Source of the DNA: Sphaeroforma arctica JP610
Taxonomy: Eukaryota
DNA length: 64,000 bases
Reading direction: 5' to 3'
Assembly: GCF_001186125.1 (NCBI RefSeq)
Contig: NW_014040525.1
Location: 1-64,000, forward strand
Shown: piece by piece, positions 38,489-52,702 of the stretch
Numbering within the stretch: the stretch's first letter is position 1
Layout: each line of letters opens with the position of its first letter
Position numbers and translations under genes: made by a program
Notes under the pieces: generated by a model
Database searches by the model: none
Seen by the model: only the letters and a program-made list of their open reading frames with translations
Told to the model about the DNA's origin: nothing

Positions 38489-40525
38489 TACATGCAAATT
38501 AAAGCTGATGTGTCTAGAATAAACGAATATTCTATCGTGTTGCAGAGAGCAATAGCCGATGTCACCCTAGTGCTACCACACGATGAACAGAGACAAAAAT
38601 CAATGGATCAGGTGTAAAATCATTCCCATCGTGTCCATCAGGAACGCATGGTAAACCAATCGTGGGCTGCGATGTTCATGGAGGTAACGGCGTCCAAACT
38701 CTGTGCTAGCTTTGCCATAACGGTGCCAGTGTACCGTTTTGGTCTGTTGTTGTGGGTGTTAGCATCAGATTGGAGTGAAATATATTTGAAAGGTTTCTTG
38801 TATACGTTTCGGATCGTATTATGATCTGCGACCCGTTTGAATTGTACATAGTGTCGACTGTGAGTATGTACTCATTTTGCTTGTACAGTTTCTGGAGTAA
38901 AATATCGACATGTCGACAGGGGTATTTACTCGTCGCTAGGTAGATTTGGGTCAGCAAATTGGGCGGCGAGCTTGCTGATAATGTCTTTTTTCTGCATGTC
39001 ATCGTTTGAGAGACAGCTCGTCATCTTTCAGGGCTTCGTCATATTCACGTAAAGGTCATCAGCGCTGGGAATGGTGGGCTGCTTAGTTTTTTTTTGTTTT
39101 TTTTTAGACGTCATATTTTGTAATCACAGTGCAAATGTTTAAGTCAAAAATCATATTAACAGAAATATACTAACATTGAGCGAGTTACTAAAATGTCTGA
39201 ATATAATAGGTTATTTATCGAGTTACTGATGACACGTCCAGGCATGTTCACAGATGCTTCAAACATGGTTCTTCTCTATGTATTCGCGGGGTCAAACATG
39301 ACAGGAACGTGTCACAAATCCGGTACAATCTGGTAGAAACTAGAATATGTTGAAACGTAAAAACCCGACAACGTCTAATTTATTAAAAACATAGCTGAAA
39401 ATAAGTGTGGTTTCTGCTGTATTTGCAAAAAAAAACCCCCCCCCATGCTGCATGACACAAGCGTCAAGCACCAGAATGCAGCTGACGTGTTGGGGTGCAG
39501 CGTGAGCACGATGCGGAGTTGGCGAAGGAGGTCGAAAAGAATATTCTGGACGACCGGTAACCAACACTGCTCTGATGGGTCGAATTCGACCCATCAGAGC
39601 ATAAATCACAGATTGATAACCTATAACAAATTCTCAACCAATCAGATCAATACAAGGTTAAAGCCATCGTACAGTTCGGTATATAACGGACCACGCTCTT
39701 TATTACCCTGTTTTATTGTACACAGTCAGTGTCGACCGTGAGCAGGATGCAACTGACGTGTTGGGGTGCAGCGTGCGCACGGTGCGGAGTTGGCGAAGGA
39801 GTTGTGCCATATATCGAAAAATATATTCTGGACGGCCGGTAATGTTTGGGTTTACAAAACATTAGAGCCTGTTTTGAAGATACCAAAGCTGCCTACACGA
39901 GGGGTCAAGCACGATGGGCAGCAGGCGTCCACAGATGATGTACTCCAGCAGTTTCGCGCAGCAGTTTCGCGCACAACAAGAGGACGAAGAACTGATACAT
40001 GAATCAAAAGCTCGAAAATGGGACAATTGAATAAAAAAATTACAAACAATAATGTTGATCAATGCCCATAGTCCTCGTAAATCAGGACAGAGGCATCAGG
40101 TTTATATTGGAAATGGTGGGACTCGAAATTTACATGCAAAGAAAGAAGGCAGTTTTGTGTTTGGAACACTTTTAAAGTGTTTTGACGTTTGGACCGGAAT
40201 TATGGGAACTAATGCTAATAAACCAGTAACTTTCGTTTTCGGACATTCTGGTGTTCAAAGAAATATTCCCATTATTTTTAGCAGTCTTGCACGCGATCTT
40301 GTACTGGCTTCCGCCGGATTCTTCTCGTGACTTGCTTCGGTGTTCAATTCCGCTTGTGCCTCGGCAGTTGCTTCGGTATTTGATTTCCTTACTGCATTCC
40401 TCGTCTATCTCTGCAACTGATTTATTGCCGTCCTTGGCACTTATCCTTTTCTATACCCGAGTCGTTGTCTTTCTCGGCACTCCGCTATATTTATATTATA
40501 CATATAAATATATATATATATATAC

Positions 40526-40613
<88 letters not shown>

Positions 40614-42717
40614 NNNNNNNNNNNNNNNNNNNNNNNNNNNNNNNNNNNNNNNNNNNNNNNNNNNNNNNNNNNNNNNNNNNNNNNNNNNNNNNNNNNNNNN
40701 NNNNNNNNNNNNNNNNNNNNNNNNNNNNNNNNNNNNNNNNNNNNNNNNNNNNNNNNNNNNNNNNNNNNNNNNNNNNNNNNNNNNNNNNNNNNNTATATAT
40801 ATATATATATATATATTTGCTTATATACATACACGGTTCTCCATTACAGTTTACACAGTTCATAACGCCCAATCCCTCACGACAAGGGTTAAGCCTTCAA
40901 TCCTACACATATGTAACAACTGGGCTTTTAATATTGCAGTTCTTGCTATACTGAGCTAGAGTGCACATCCTCGATTCGCGCTGTTGAAGGCTCGTTAACC
41001 TTGCTCATATTCGGTTCATTCGTTTGTTTCGTAGTACAGAACTACAATGCCCATATTGTGAGAAGAAGTCAGTGTTCAATCCGCACGTACAGATCTAAAG
41101 TCTTGAGCTGCAAGCAACTGACTGTTATGTGAGGCCTGTGACATTTATTTGATATGAGAACAGAAGTTCATCAGAGAATGGGCCGTCTTGTCATAATTGA
41201 TATTTAATTAGGTTGATGGTTGCTAATAATCCTTTACATGGGCGTGAGATAAGATAATCGGCAAATTTGATAACTACTATCTTGAACAACCTTATGAAGT
41301 TTATATGCTTCCATTTGATGTATGGTAATCGATAGTCGACAGGTGGTTGTGATTTCGAGAGAGTGCGCCTTATACTCTCATCAATTTTAGTCTCTCTATA
41401 AAATCATACTATATGCTATGACCGTTTAGAAGCTTGTAAATATGAGCGCATTTATGATATGTTGACAGAAACCCTTTACCTATAAATATCTAGGGGTAAA
41501 AACATCGTAAGCTGCTCCGATACAATTCCCCATCCGCCTATCGGTAGCAATGTTTGTGTATCACAAAATCCTTTATCAAAGGCTTAGGCCTCATGGTACC
41601 GGACTCGCTGCACAAAATGTTCTATTTATTTTTTAGGATCATTCAGAAACTCCAGATCACATTTATTCATAGAAGGGCTTCTGAGTATGGGTTTCCCGCT
41701 TTAATGGTAGTATTCTGCATCGAAGGCCTGAACTGAAACGGAATATGGGTACACACATAGTCAAGACGAACTACATAATCAGAGCACCACAAAGCACTGA
41801 GTAGAGATTCAACAGTGTATGTATAGCGTACAGGGAGTAGCTCACAACGGAAGAAAAAATTGTAGTAGCGTGCGAGCAGTACAGAATCAATGCAGTGAAG
41901 GCTTGTCTCCAGCCCCAGCAACGAAGTACAGTGAACACGGAAGGTGGGCATAGAGCGCACATACGGTACTAAACAATGAAAGGTGCAAGAACGTCAGATA
42001 GAGACCACGGCAGTGAAAACAACTGTGCGATTTATTGGCATTCGGAAGGATTAGACAAATTCGCTCGTCCACGAAATCTCACAACGTTGCTCTACGACCT
42101 GATTAAAGTCAAGATCCATTAATGGATTGTGCCCGTTTCAGCGACGGTTTCGATAGGCTATAAACCTGTTTTTATTCTGTTTAAGAACTGTTAGAACGAT
42201 ACGCGTAGGCGTATAATTGGAATACTTATTAGTTAATGAAAGCGGCTGAAGTGGTGTATTAAATGCCCACATGCGAGACCATTAGGGCCATGCGGGCGAC
42301 ATACTCTGTGACCTTGCAGTATCTGGACTACAAACAGACAAGAGGTTGTACGTAGTCATAGGTATATCGCTTCGAAATTAGCGCATTATTATATAGTGGT
42401 ACATTCTTCATATTTTGCTAGTGTCTCGACCTTTGTTCATGTATAGCCGTGTGAGAACAAGTGCAAACGCATGCGCCAGGTGGAACGGTAGGGGTGCCGT
42501 AGAGTACTCGACTATGATATGCTTATTGTCTGTGGTTATGTGTGCGATGCCTTCACGAAGTTGTACACCATAGCGCCCATCGTCCTATCCATGTCCGTAC
42601 TGGCGAGCTTGCTCTATAGCGGTGCGAGACAAAGTGTAAACGCAAGCGCCAGGAGGAACGGTAGGGGTGCCGTAGAGTACTGTGAACAGCAGACTGTGAA
42701 TTGCTTATTGTCTGTGG

Positions 42718-45321
42718 TTATGTGTGGGATGCCTCCACGGAGTTGTACACCATAGCACCCATCGTCCAATCCATGTCCGTGCTGGCGAGCTTGCTCAAGA
42801 AGTGAATCTTTCTATCCGGGGACAAGTTAAGGCCCTGGAATACCACGATTAAAGGTATCAGAAATTTGAACGACAAGTGTTGTGTATACGATAGTTAAAT
42901 AGTATAAACCGTGCCCACGAGTCTCAATATTGAGAAGCTCAATTTGGAAACAGCCATTGCAGAATTGTACTACATACCAGTACCGTGTTCAAAATACTTC
43001 CCCAGGATATTCTATCCTCTAAACTGAAATGCTGTTCTTAATTGTTCCCTATTCATATTTTGAGCAAAGAGTATCATCTCGTATGTAGTACATCTCTCCA
43101 CGACAGTAGTCCGGCACGTGTAGCGAAGCTCACACAAAAAAAGACTACATGTTCCAGGTGCATTCTCCGAGTGAGATAAAACAACATTACTGGCACGGTG
43201 GCGTGTAGCAACCTCCTAGGTATAGCAGATGAGCCTGTGATGTAAATGCATGTGCACCAAAAACGATGGAATATAAACTATGCCTATTTTGTAAATATGC
43301 ATGTATCCTACGCCAAATAACACAGACAAAGTATAGTACATGTTAAACACACCTCAACTAAAAGCGTAGATACATATGCGGCTGAAAAGCAAGCCTCTCT
43401 GGCAGTAGCCTCATCAACAGGATGGGTGCCGTTGCTGGCTTGCCACTTCTTAGCTTCCTCCTGAGATTGTACGCGAGTCAATGGAAGGTGACGATTAAAA
43501 TCAACTTACTTGAACCGCACGGTGTCACACAATGTCACGCACTATTCACATAAGTTTGCAGGGGTATGTGCGTGGCTGTGTCAGTACGACTAAGTAAGTC
43601 CAGTAGGAATGTGGTTAATCACAACATGGACACATCGTTCCTTTGAGCGAAAGAAAAGAGCAAATGATCATCCCATTTATGCATCGAACACGACAAACTT
43701 GGAAATCAGGAAACCGCAAATCTCGTCCGCATATGTGAAGTCAAAGCATAAAATCATCTACAGGTGCGACCCTCAAGGTTGGTAACATATATAACCGTAC
43801 GAATACATTTTGTGGGAGAATGAATATTCTATACAACAACGGGAATTCACTAACCAAAATAACTAGGACAGTAATATACATCGGTAACACCGAGACATTC
43901 ATACATCCACGCCTGATATCGATACAATAAGACCTTACCCATGATAGGGAATTGCAAATAGGAGCAGCCTTCTCATCTAGACAGGAAATGGGGTTCAGTC
44001 CATCACAACCCATGGTCTCCGCCGCACGGTAGAAATTGTCCATGGCGTAAAGGTCTATATCAGCTGGGACCTTCGGCTGTGTCAGATAAGTAAAGAGTGT
44101 TAGTTCACGGGCTGCATGTGTGTTGTAGTACAAGACTGTCAACAACAGCCAAGAAGATACGTGCTTATCATGTATTGTATTGATCATGGTGGCGTAAAGG
44201 TCTACTATATCAGCTGAAGTCTCCGGCTGTATCAGATAAGGAATGAGTTGCATGTGTATCGTAGTACTAGACTGTCAAGAACAGCCAAGTAGGTACGTGC
44301 CTATCATGTATTGTATTGATTATGGTGGTATAAAGGTCTACTAAATCAGTCGGGGTCTCCGGCTGTGTCAGATAAAAAAAGAGCTGCATGTGTGTCGTAG
44401 TGCAAGACTGCCAAGAATAGCCAAGAATATACGTGCTTAGCATGAATTGTTTTGACCATGGTGGCGTAAAGGTCTACTATATCAGCTGAAGTCTCCGGCT
44501 ATGTCAGATAAGGGAAGAGTGTCAGCTCACGTACTGAACGTGTATCGTGGGATACGGCTGTCATGATCAGTCAAGATTATATGCGTTCATCTTGTATTGA
44601 ATTGATCATGGCCGCGGAAAGGCCTATGTCAGCAGGGGTCACCCGCCGTGTCAGCTATGTAAATAGTGTAATTTTACGTACGTTATGTGTACCGTACTAT
44701 GAGGCTGACATTAACAGACAAGTAAATCCTACTACGCGCTTATCGGGATACACGTTGATTAACTTGTCCTGACAAATAATATATTGTAACTAATTCACGT
44801 GCGCATTCGTGTTATATTGGCAGGATATTATGCCTGGAGCAGCCAACCTGAAATGGTCGATTCAAATTGCACTGATACGTACAATTCCTAAACGGACAAC
44901 ATGTTGGCGAGTGTGCGCTTTTCGACCTTGTCTATGCTTTTAGATTTAAGTCACAAAATGCATGGGAATATAAAGCTGAGAATGAATTCAAGAATATTCG
45001 TTCTAGAGGAAGAAGTTTATAGATGTATACGTATACACACTTATGTATATACAAAGTGCACACGCATTCGGCGCTGATTGATGGAACATATCTGTGCCAA
45101 TTACAAGCGATCGCGAGCAACCTCGAGCGACGTCGAGTCAAACATCTACACCAAGTCAATTACACTCGGTCGACTGTATACACAAACACAAGACACAGAT
45201 ACCAAAGCGTATCTAGTGGCGCAAGGATGTACGACCGCATACAAAAGCACCCCACAGACTCACACAGGTATACATATTTGTATATACCCATACTCGCTCA
45301 CACACACACACGCACACACAA

Positions 45322-45354
<33 letters not shown>

Positions 45355-47964
45355 AACGCACACACCTGATAAACCCCTCGGATTGCACAAGGCTTTACAG
45401 CGCAATAAGAGTTCTTCTCCATCAGCTCACTCAAGTATAGCTTGCATTCGTTGTATTTGCCCGTGCCATATACGTGATATGTGCTGTTTTGTATCTGTAC
45501 CTAATGTGCAAACGGGGCGGGAAGTGTATGTATCCCAAATTAGCATTTCATTTTGCACACCAAGCCATCTGTAAGCAAAATGAGAAAAAAATCATGTAGG
45601 ATAGCTGGTACAGCTGAGTCCCCGAATATAATCGACATCACATGGTGTCAATCACAAGAGGTATTGAGAGACTCAGTTTTAATAAGCAGGGCACGGAAAT
45701 AAACTACTAGCAAGGCTTAGAATATAAGATATAAATGTATGTACACACACCGCATAATATAGACAAAGGGATAACGATTACATATCGAGGTAATATAACC
45801 ACTTTGTAATATAGCGGGTGCTGTATATTTCCAACCATGTGCTTATCTTGTTTAGTCCTACTTGACAAGGTAAATATTCAACCACAATCTGAATGATTTA
45901 AAAGAAATTTAATTACATATCCATATACAAATACATACTTATTTGTACACTCATATTCGTTTGATATTGATGTTCTATACCCACTCGAGGCTTCAATTCC
46001 GATCACTGTCATACACTGACTTTGAAAACCTACCTCCTGGTGTGAATTGTGCCAGAAGCAGGGATCTGAGAAGTGTGTCACACCGGGGCCCTTTTTGGCG
46101 GCAATTCTGTAAAAATGTTGCTTCTTGGCCTCATTTTTACCCCAGCCTGGATTTTGTGGTGAATGATTTTAGTATAGGTTACATTCTCGCTGCACAATCG
46201 GATTCGATATGACAAAGCGCTTCTTAATGGCATGTAGGTTAATTCATGGAAGTGATACAGTTAAACGACAGTATTAGGTTATACATAGTCTTGCATTTCG
46301 ATATATAGCCTTCAAATCAAAAAGTACAAAGTCACGAGGAAGGGCAAATAGAACACCCCACACACCGGAAGTGTAAGTATACAGATTTTATCCATTCGAA
46401 TTCATGTTTAACTCAAACAAACACAGTTCGACACACAAAAAAGGTCAAATAGGACACCTCACGCACCTAGAGTGTACGTTTTCAGGGTTTATCCGTTTGA
46501 ATTCATGTTCAACTCATACGCAAACAGTACATAAGAAATGACAAATAGGACACTTCACGCATCTAAAGTGTAATCATGCAGGTTTTATCTGTTGAGATTC
46601 ATGTTCAACTCCAACACACAAAGTACATAAGGAAAGATAAACAAGACACCCCACGCCCCTAATGAAAATTAGTGTGCAGGTTGTTCTCGCCCATATCCAT
46701 TTCCAAATAAGTACACATTGAATAACTCGCCCATATCCATTTCCAACAAAGTACACATTGAATAAATAAACTAACACACTCACACAGAGATACGATAACC
46801 TACACACCCAAGTATGAGTTGGTGTACAAGTTGTATTCGTTCAGCGCCATCTTTAACTCCGTAAAGTTTGGCAACGGCGCAGGTAGTGTCTGATAAGCAA
46901 TCTGAAATGACGCACCCCCCATGTCCAACGCACCCGTGATAGGAGTCCCTTTAGCACCAACCGCCAAACTGCATATGCATATTTGTGTGTTTGTGTATGG
47001 GTCTATGAGCAACGATAATTGAGGTTTGATAGCAGCCGCCATCGCACATACCGCAACACTGCATATATGTGTGCTTGTATGTGAGCGTACGAGCAACAAT
47101 AGTCGAAGATGGATGTATATACGTAATAAGGCAAGGTGGGTGAGTATATTTATATGCGAGTGCGATCTGCCAGAAATTGAAGATAATGATTGACAACAGC
47201 TGCGCAATGTAGGTATATGGATACCGCATTGTAGTACAATAACAGTTGGAATTGTATGTATAATATATAAATGCAGCTGCATTGTTGCGTACAAGAAGTA
47301 ATAATTGTATATCTGAGCAATACGCTTAAATTGTGCTAGAGAAGGGTTTGCGGGAGGAGAGCGAATCACAAAACTGACAGATAGAATACATACTCCCGAT
47401 GACGCTATGAACGAGTACACATGCTGTATACTTGGTCAAGGCATACGATAACCGTGCCAGCACCACACGCGGCCACACACAGAAATGTACAAGGGTACAG
47501 TTATTTCTTCTGACACGCACATTGATTCGAAACAACTAGACACAATCAAATGTATTCATATCATAACATTAGTACATGTGCACACAAATTCTACATTCAC
47601 GAGAACGGACTATCAACAACTTGGGTGCACGAAACGAGTCTGGCCATCATTGTCACAGATTTCATGAATATATTATACACATGAACGCAAATTACATGAA
47701 TCGAAAAAAAAAGAACATACTAATCGTGGATATAGGCTGTCGATATCCAGTCAAAAAGGGCCTCCTCCTCGCCCGTAATCGTTCTGGCCCATTTCCGGGA
47801 GGTGAATAGGAACTTGTTATCCTTGCTTTCCAGAATTTCGTGTACCTGAGGACAGTGGGTGCGGCCCCAACATTGTTTCCGAAGTAAATCAGGTGTCGAT
47901 CATCGGTTGTATGTAGGTGCCAAAATAAATTCGATAGAAAGTCANNNNNNNNNNNNNNNNNNNN

Positions 47965-48023
<59 letters not shown>

Positions 48024-48050
48024 CATATAGATGGATAGATAGATAGATAT

Positions 48051-48099
<49 letters not shown>

Positions 48100-50192
48100 T
48101 GACATATATGTAACAAGAACGAACAAGTACTCCTGAACAATACCATGTCAATACACGAAATAGAACCTTATCACACGTATATACACCAGGCTTTATGCTT
48201 TTTAAGGATTTTTCTTCATCAACAAAACACCCTCATAGTGTTAACATAAATGACTGAAGGGGAGGAGCAGACGGTCATGCACATGCGCAGAAATCACACC
48301 CTACACGCCAATACACCATAAGAACTCCCGTGAGACTGGTAATTCCTAATTCTACAATCCCATTTTTTATAAGGCAGTGTTCCCATACCAGTAATAATAT
48401 ACATAGATACGTGCGTGTGTTTGTATTGGCTTTCTGGTAAAAATCAGCTACAGTGGTCAATCCGGCTGTAACATACAATATATCCTACACTAATCGATAG
48501 CAAATCACAAAAACATCACAATACCAACACTCACCCGTTTCCATACACCCAGCGACTCTTTCACAGGCAGGATCCGCATGCCAGCAGTAGCATACATATA
48601 CACATGCGTGTGCTTGTGATGTCTCTCAGGTATCAAATCAGCCGCAAATACTAACCCGTCCGTAATGTACTTGCGGAAACCAGCTTGCGTTGCTGCATCT
48701 GCAAGCCCTGGTTGACTGCGGAACGATGCTGGTTGTCCAGCTAAGTCCTTGACCTGCGATATGAGGGGCAGTGCATCCTGTACGGAGAAAATCGTATGTG
48801 TTTATCTATCTGTTTATATAAGGCATAAATGTAGTCTATACTAGTGTATGCGTGACCATACGAGTATGGTAACTTCAAAGACAAAAACATTTGAATTTGA
48901 CTTGCATTGTTTGAGGTAGCGCATTCTGTTCGATGAGAAACACACAGTTACACACACAGTTACACACACAGAGACATACACACACACACACTTATATATA
49001 TATATATATATATATATAAGAAAAAGACAACACTCGCATAATAAAACTTAACTAAAATTAATANNNNNNNNNNNNNNNNNNNNNNNNNNNNNNNNNNNNN
49101 NNNNNNNNNNNNNNNNNNNNNNNNNNNNNNNNNNNNNNNNNNNNNNNNNNNNNNNNNNNNNNNNNNNNNNNNNNNNNNNNNNNNNNNNNNNNNNNNNNNT
49201 ATAATATTATAACATAAAGCGCACTCACATAGAAAACTCAGTGCATACATTATAATTGAATTATAGAATTGAACATCAGTCTCATCTACGATACAGACAA
49301 CCATTAATTTTCCGGAGGCATACATCGTGAGGTAAATTCCATCGGTAGACTTTGAATCGAGTGCCCGTTGAGCCACAGTCCACTATCACACCGTATCTAA
49401 CCCTTATGCTGGCGACGCTTGCTGTATAAAAACCGTAAAAATATACAAGCGATTAGACTGCGAGATATACTTCTGTATAGAACACACACACGAAAGTATG
49501 AAGAGCCAGTTCAATTAAGTAGAACCTTCGTGTGTTTTTCCCCTTTAGAATAGGTAATCTATGACAACTTGTAAACGTGCAACCGAGCATATGTACCCAT
49601 AAGTGTCCTACTATTCAGTGCTTGTCATTGTAGACAACGTATCAACAAACGTCATATTGTACGCACAGTGGCACACATGCTGTTAATGTACATTGTCAAG
49701 ACCCTGGAACTATCGAAACAGCCGATGAGAATTAAGCAAGTTACATAGCAACTGTTATCAAATGTTCGCAGAAATGAATACAATATTGTAAGTGATTCAA
49801 ACACGATGGCAATGCGCAAGTGGGTGCAGGTTTGCGGTGTATAACACACCACATCTATTGAATTCTGACAGCATTTTATTCACACAGTAGGATGGGTGTA
49901 GTACTCCGCACAAGACACAAACGATAAGTACAACAGCGAATACGTGATGTGACATTATCGGTTCATTGTCCTCTTGCAGATTAATCGAGTACGCCTAGTT
50001 CTGAACATAGATTATAAACGTGAGCATATCGGCGTATGTGCAGTGTAGATAGCTTCTGCCAAGCGTGTGACAGAGGTTAAAATGCCTTCTTACCAAGGAG
50101 ATACCACATGGACAGCAAATTTTATAGTGGAGACAAACAAAAACATACATTACATCTACACTTATTGAACTCTGTTGCAGTGTGTACGTATA

Positions 50193-50253
<61 letters not shown>

Positions 50254-50282
50254 GAGTATATACATGTGTATGTGTATGTATA

Positions 50283-50379
<97 letters not shown>

Positions 50380-50577
50380 GTACATGTATGTGTATGTGTA
50401 TGTGTATATGTATGTGTATGTGTATGTGTATATGTATGTGCATATGAATGCAGCACGATACTACGAAGTACCTGTTTTCTCCATCTGTCCCGATATTGAC
50501 GTCCCATCGAGTCGCACAGCAATGACACTGACCACTGTCAATAACAGAAAGGTCCACAACGAGCTCATGCTAAACAT
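42718..50577 (-). CDS. GDA1/CD39-family ectonucleoside triphosphate diphosphohydrolase (apyrase), multi-exon, partly in gaps
   Basis: Probable signal-peptide exon [18 protein letters not shown] (~50568-50472). ACR2 [12 protein letters not shown] (~48535-48600). ACR4 [14 protein letters not shown]...YNLYTNSYL (~46808-46966). LYAMDNFY...ICNSLSW (~43938-44075). [11 protein letters not shown] (~43355-43460). ACR5 [10 protein letters not shown]...HT* (stop 42718). ACR1 and ACR3 exons were not located. Confidence 0.88.
44040..44660. repeat. ~5 diverged tandem units (~140 bp) derived from an apyrase intron/exon acceptor junction
   Basis: catgg(tg)gcgtaaaggtcta(cta)tatcagctg...cggctgtgtcagataag recurs at ~44041 (real exon), ~44185, ~44321, ~44457 and ~44607. 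Confidence 0.88.
50188..50440. repeat. (GTATGT)n hexanucleotide microsatellite in an apyrase intron
   Basis: Seen directly in the sequence. Confidence 0.97.
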
Positions 50578-51621
50578 AGTGTTTGTATTAATCTTCTTGC
50601 TGGTCCCGTCTGCGTGTTTTATAACGTTAGTAACGTTAGTAACGTTAGTGTAACTAGACTAAGGCGTATCTGCAAGTGTAAATGCAGCTGTGGCTATATG
50701 TGCGTCCTATGTGCATACATATGTTGTTATTAAATACACACGTTTATATGAACAGACGGACTGTAACCATGCAGGGATTTAACCAATAGTATTAATAGTA
50801 GCAAAGTAAAAGCCACAGAAAATGCATAGAACAGCGCGTGTGGAGCTTTCGTGTAAATGTAGGCGTCATTGACTGAAGACGTATTAGTCATGGGCTCATA
50901 GGTCAGACTTCAGAGCTGAAGACAGATTAGTCATGGGCTCACAGGTCAGAGCCTCAGACTTCAGAGCTGATAGCCCGTATATTGGCCGTATGTAGCCCCG
51001 TTCTCGCTACGTACTGGCCCGGTGAACACCCCCCCCCCCCAGGGCCCCATCCCCGCCAAAAAAAATTAAAAAGGCCAACACGGATAAGAATGGATAAGAA
51101 AAAGTCAAAAAGCTAGAGCGAATGGAATACAATCAATACCTATGTACAAATAAAGTAAATACTAATAACAAACATACGTAAATAGTCCATAATCACCTCT
51201 TTCATTTTTAACATAAAAAGGAGGAAATACCAGGTATACGTATGCGTACCAAAATGTCATGAACTCCACTCAGGTGAGACTTGAAGAGTATTTATGAAGG
51301 AATAAAAGTGTAAGACCAAGCTTAAGCGGAGCAGTTTGAGGTGAATTGTTTGAGATGAATTTGGTTTTTAATAATCTCTCCCCGCCCCCACCTCCCCCAC
51401 ACACGTGTACACAAACACACACGCACACGTGTAAACACACACACACGCACACGTGTGCAAACACACATACACATACACACATACATACACACACACATGT
51501 GTGTGTCACATACACACATACACACACACATACACACCTATATACAGATATAGATATAGATATATAACATATATATATATATAAGTATGTATATATTATA
51601 TATAATATATATATATACATA

Positions 51622-51714
<93 letters not shown>

Positions 51715-51733
51715 TACTACACACACACACACA

Positions 51734-51768
<35 letters not shown>

Positions 51769-52702
51769 TATACATACATACATATTTAAATATTATATAC
51801 ATGTATATATATATATATGCACGCACACACACACGCATATATATATATATTATGCAAAGAAAAAGTATACACACTTGGTATATATATATATATTCATATT
51901 GTATTCANNNNNNNNNNNNNNNNNNNNNNNNNNNNNNNNNNNNNNNNNNNNNNNNNNNNNNNNNNNNNNNNNNNNNNNNNNNNNNNNNNNNNNNNNNNNN
52001 NNNNNNNNNNNNNNNNNNNNNNNNNNNNNNNNNNNNNNNNNNNNNNNNNNNNNNNNNNNNNNNNNNNNNNNNNNNNNNNNNNNNNNNNNNNNNNNNNNNN
52101 NNNNNNNNNNNNNTATATATATATATATACTTCAATTGTTTGTCCTAGTCACACAATTTATGTTCAGCATGAGTGTTTTATATTTGCTGCATATATCCGT
52201 ATGCGAGTTTAGTTGCGACTATTTTATATTTACATCTGTAGGCCTTTGTAAGAAGAATAAAAAGGGATTATGGTTCCATCAATAAAAAGGCAACCGGAAA
52301 AAACTGCAATGTCATGATATGGCGAAACTGGACGGCTAATCTTTAGACCATAGCTACATCCGGACGAACGGTACTCCATATTTTCATTACATTCGTACAG
52401 GCAATCGTGAACTATCCAATTTAACACAAGCGCTGTGTATGCATAACCAGATTGTGGAGTCGTTGTGGTGAATGTTGCGACAGTATGATCACTACTATGT
52501 AAGACCAAAGGCCTATGTAAAAAGTAAAGGCATGCTTAACATTCTAACGTGCTACTTTTGACCACCGAGCCGCTATTTGTCGATCGCTCTGCAAGGCTGT
52601 GCAGAAAGTATGGCAATTGAACTTGACTATTCTCGTTATGTAAATGTATTGTCTTGATGCATTATTTTAAACCGATTTAGGACTATAGCACGCTACTCCT
52701 CA

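Noticed and set aside
40052..40480. Possible coding fragment near the 40.6 kb gap
   Set aside because: Stops in the plausible minus-strand frames and no recognisable motif.
49652..49852. Candidate apyrase ACR1 exon ([12 protein letters not shown])
   Set aside because: Does not match DxGSxGxR and has no convincing splice sites; ACR1 is more likely hidden in a gap.
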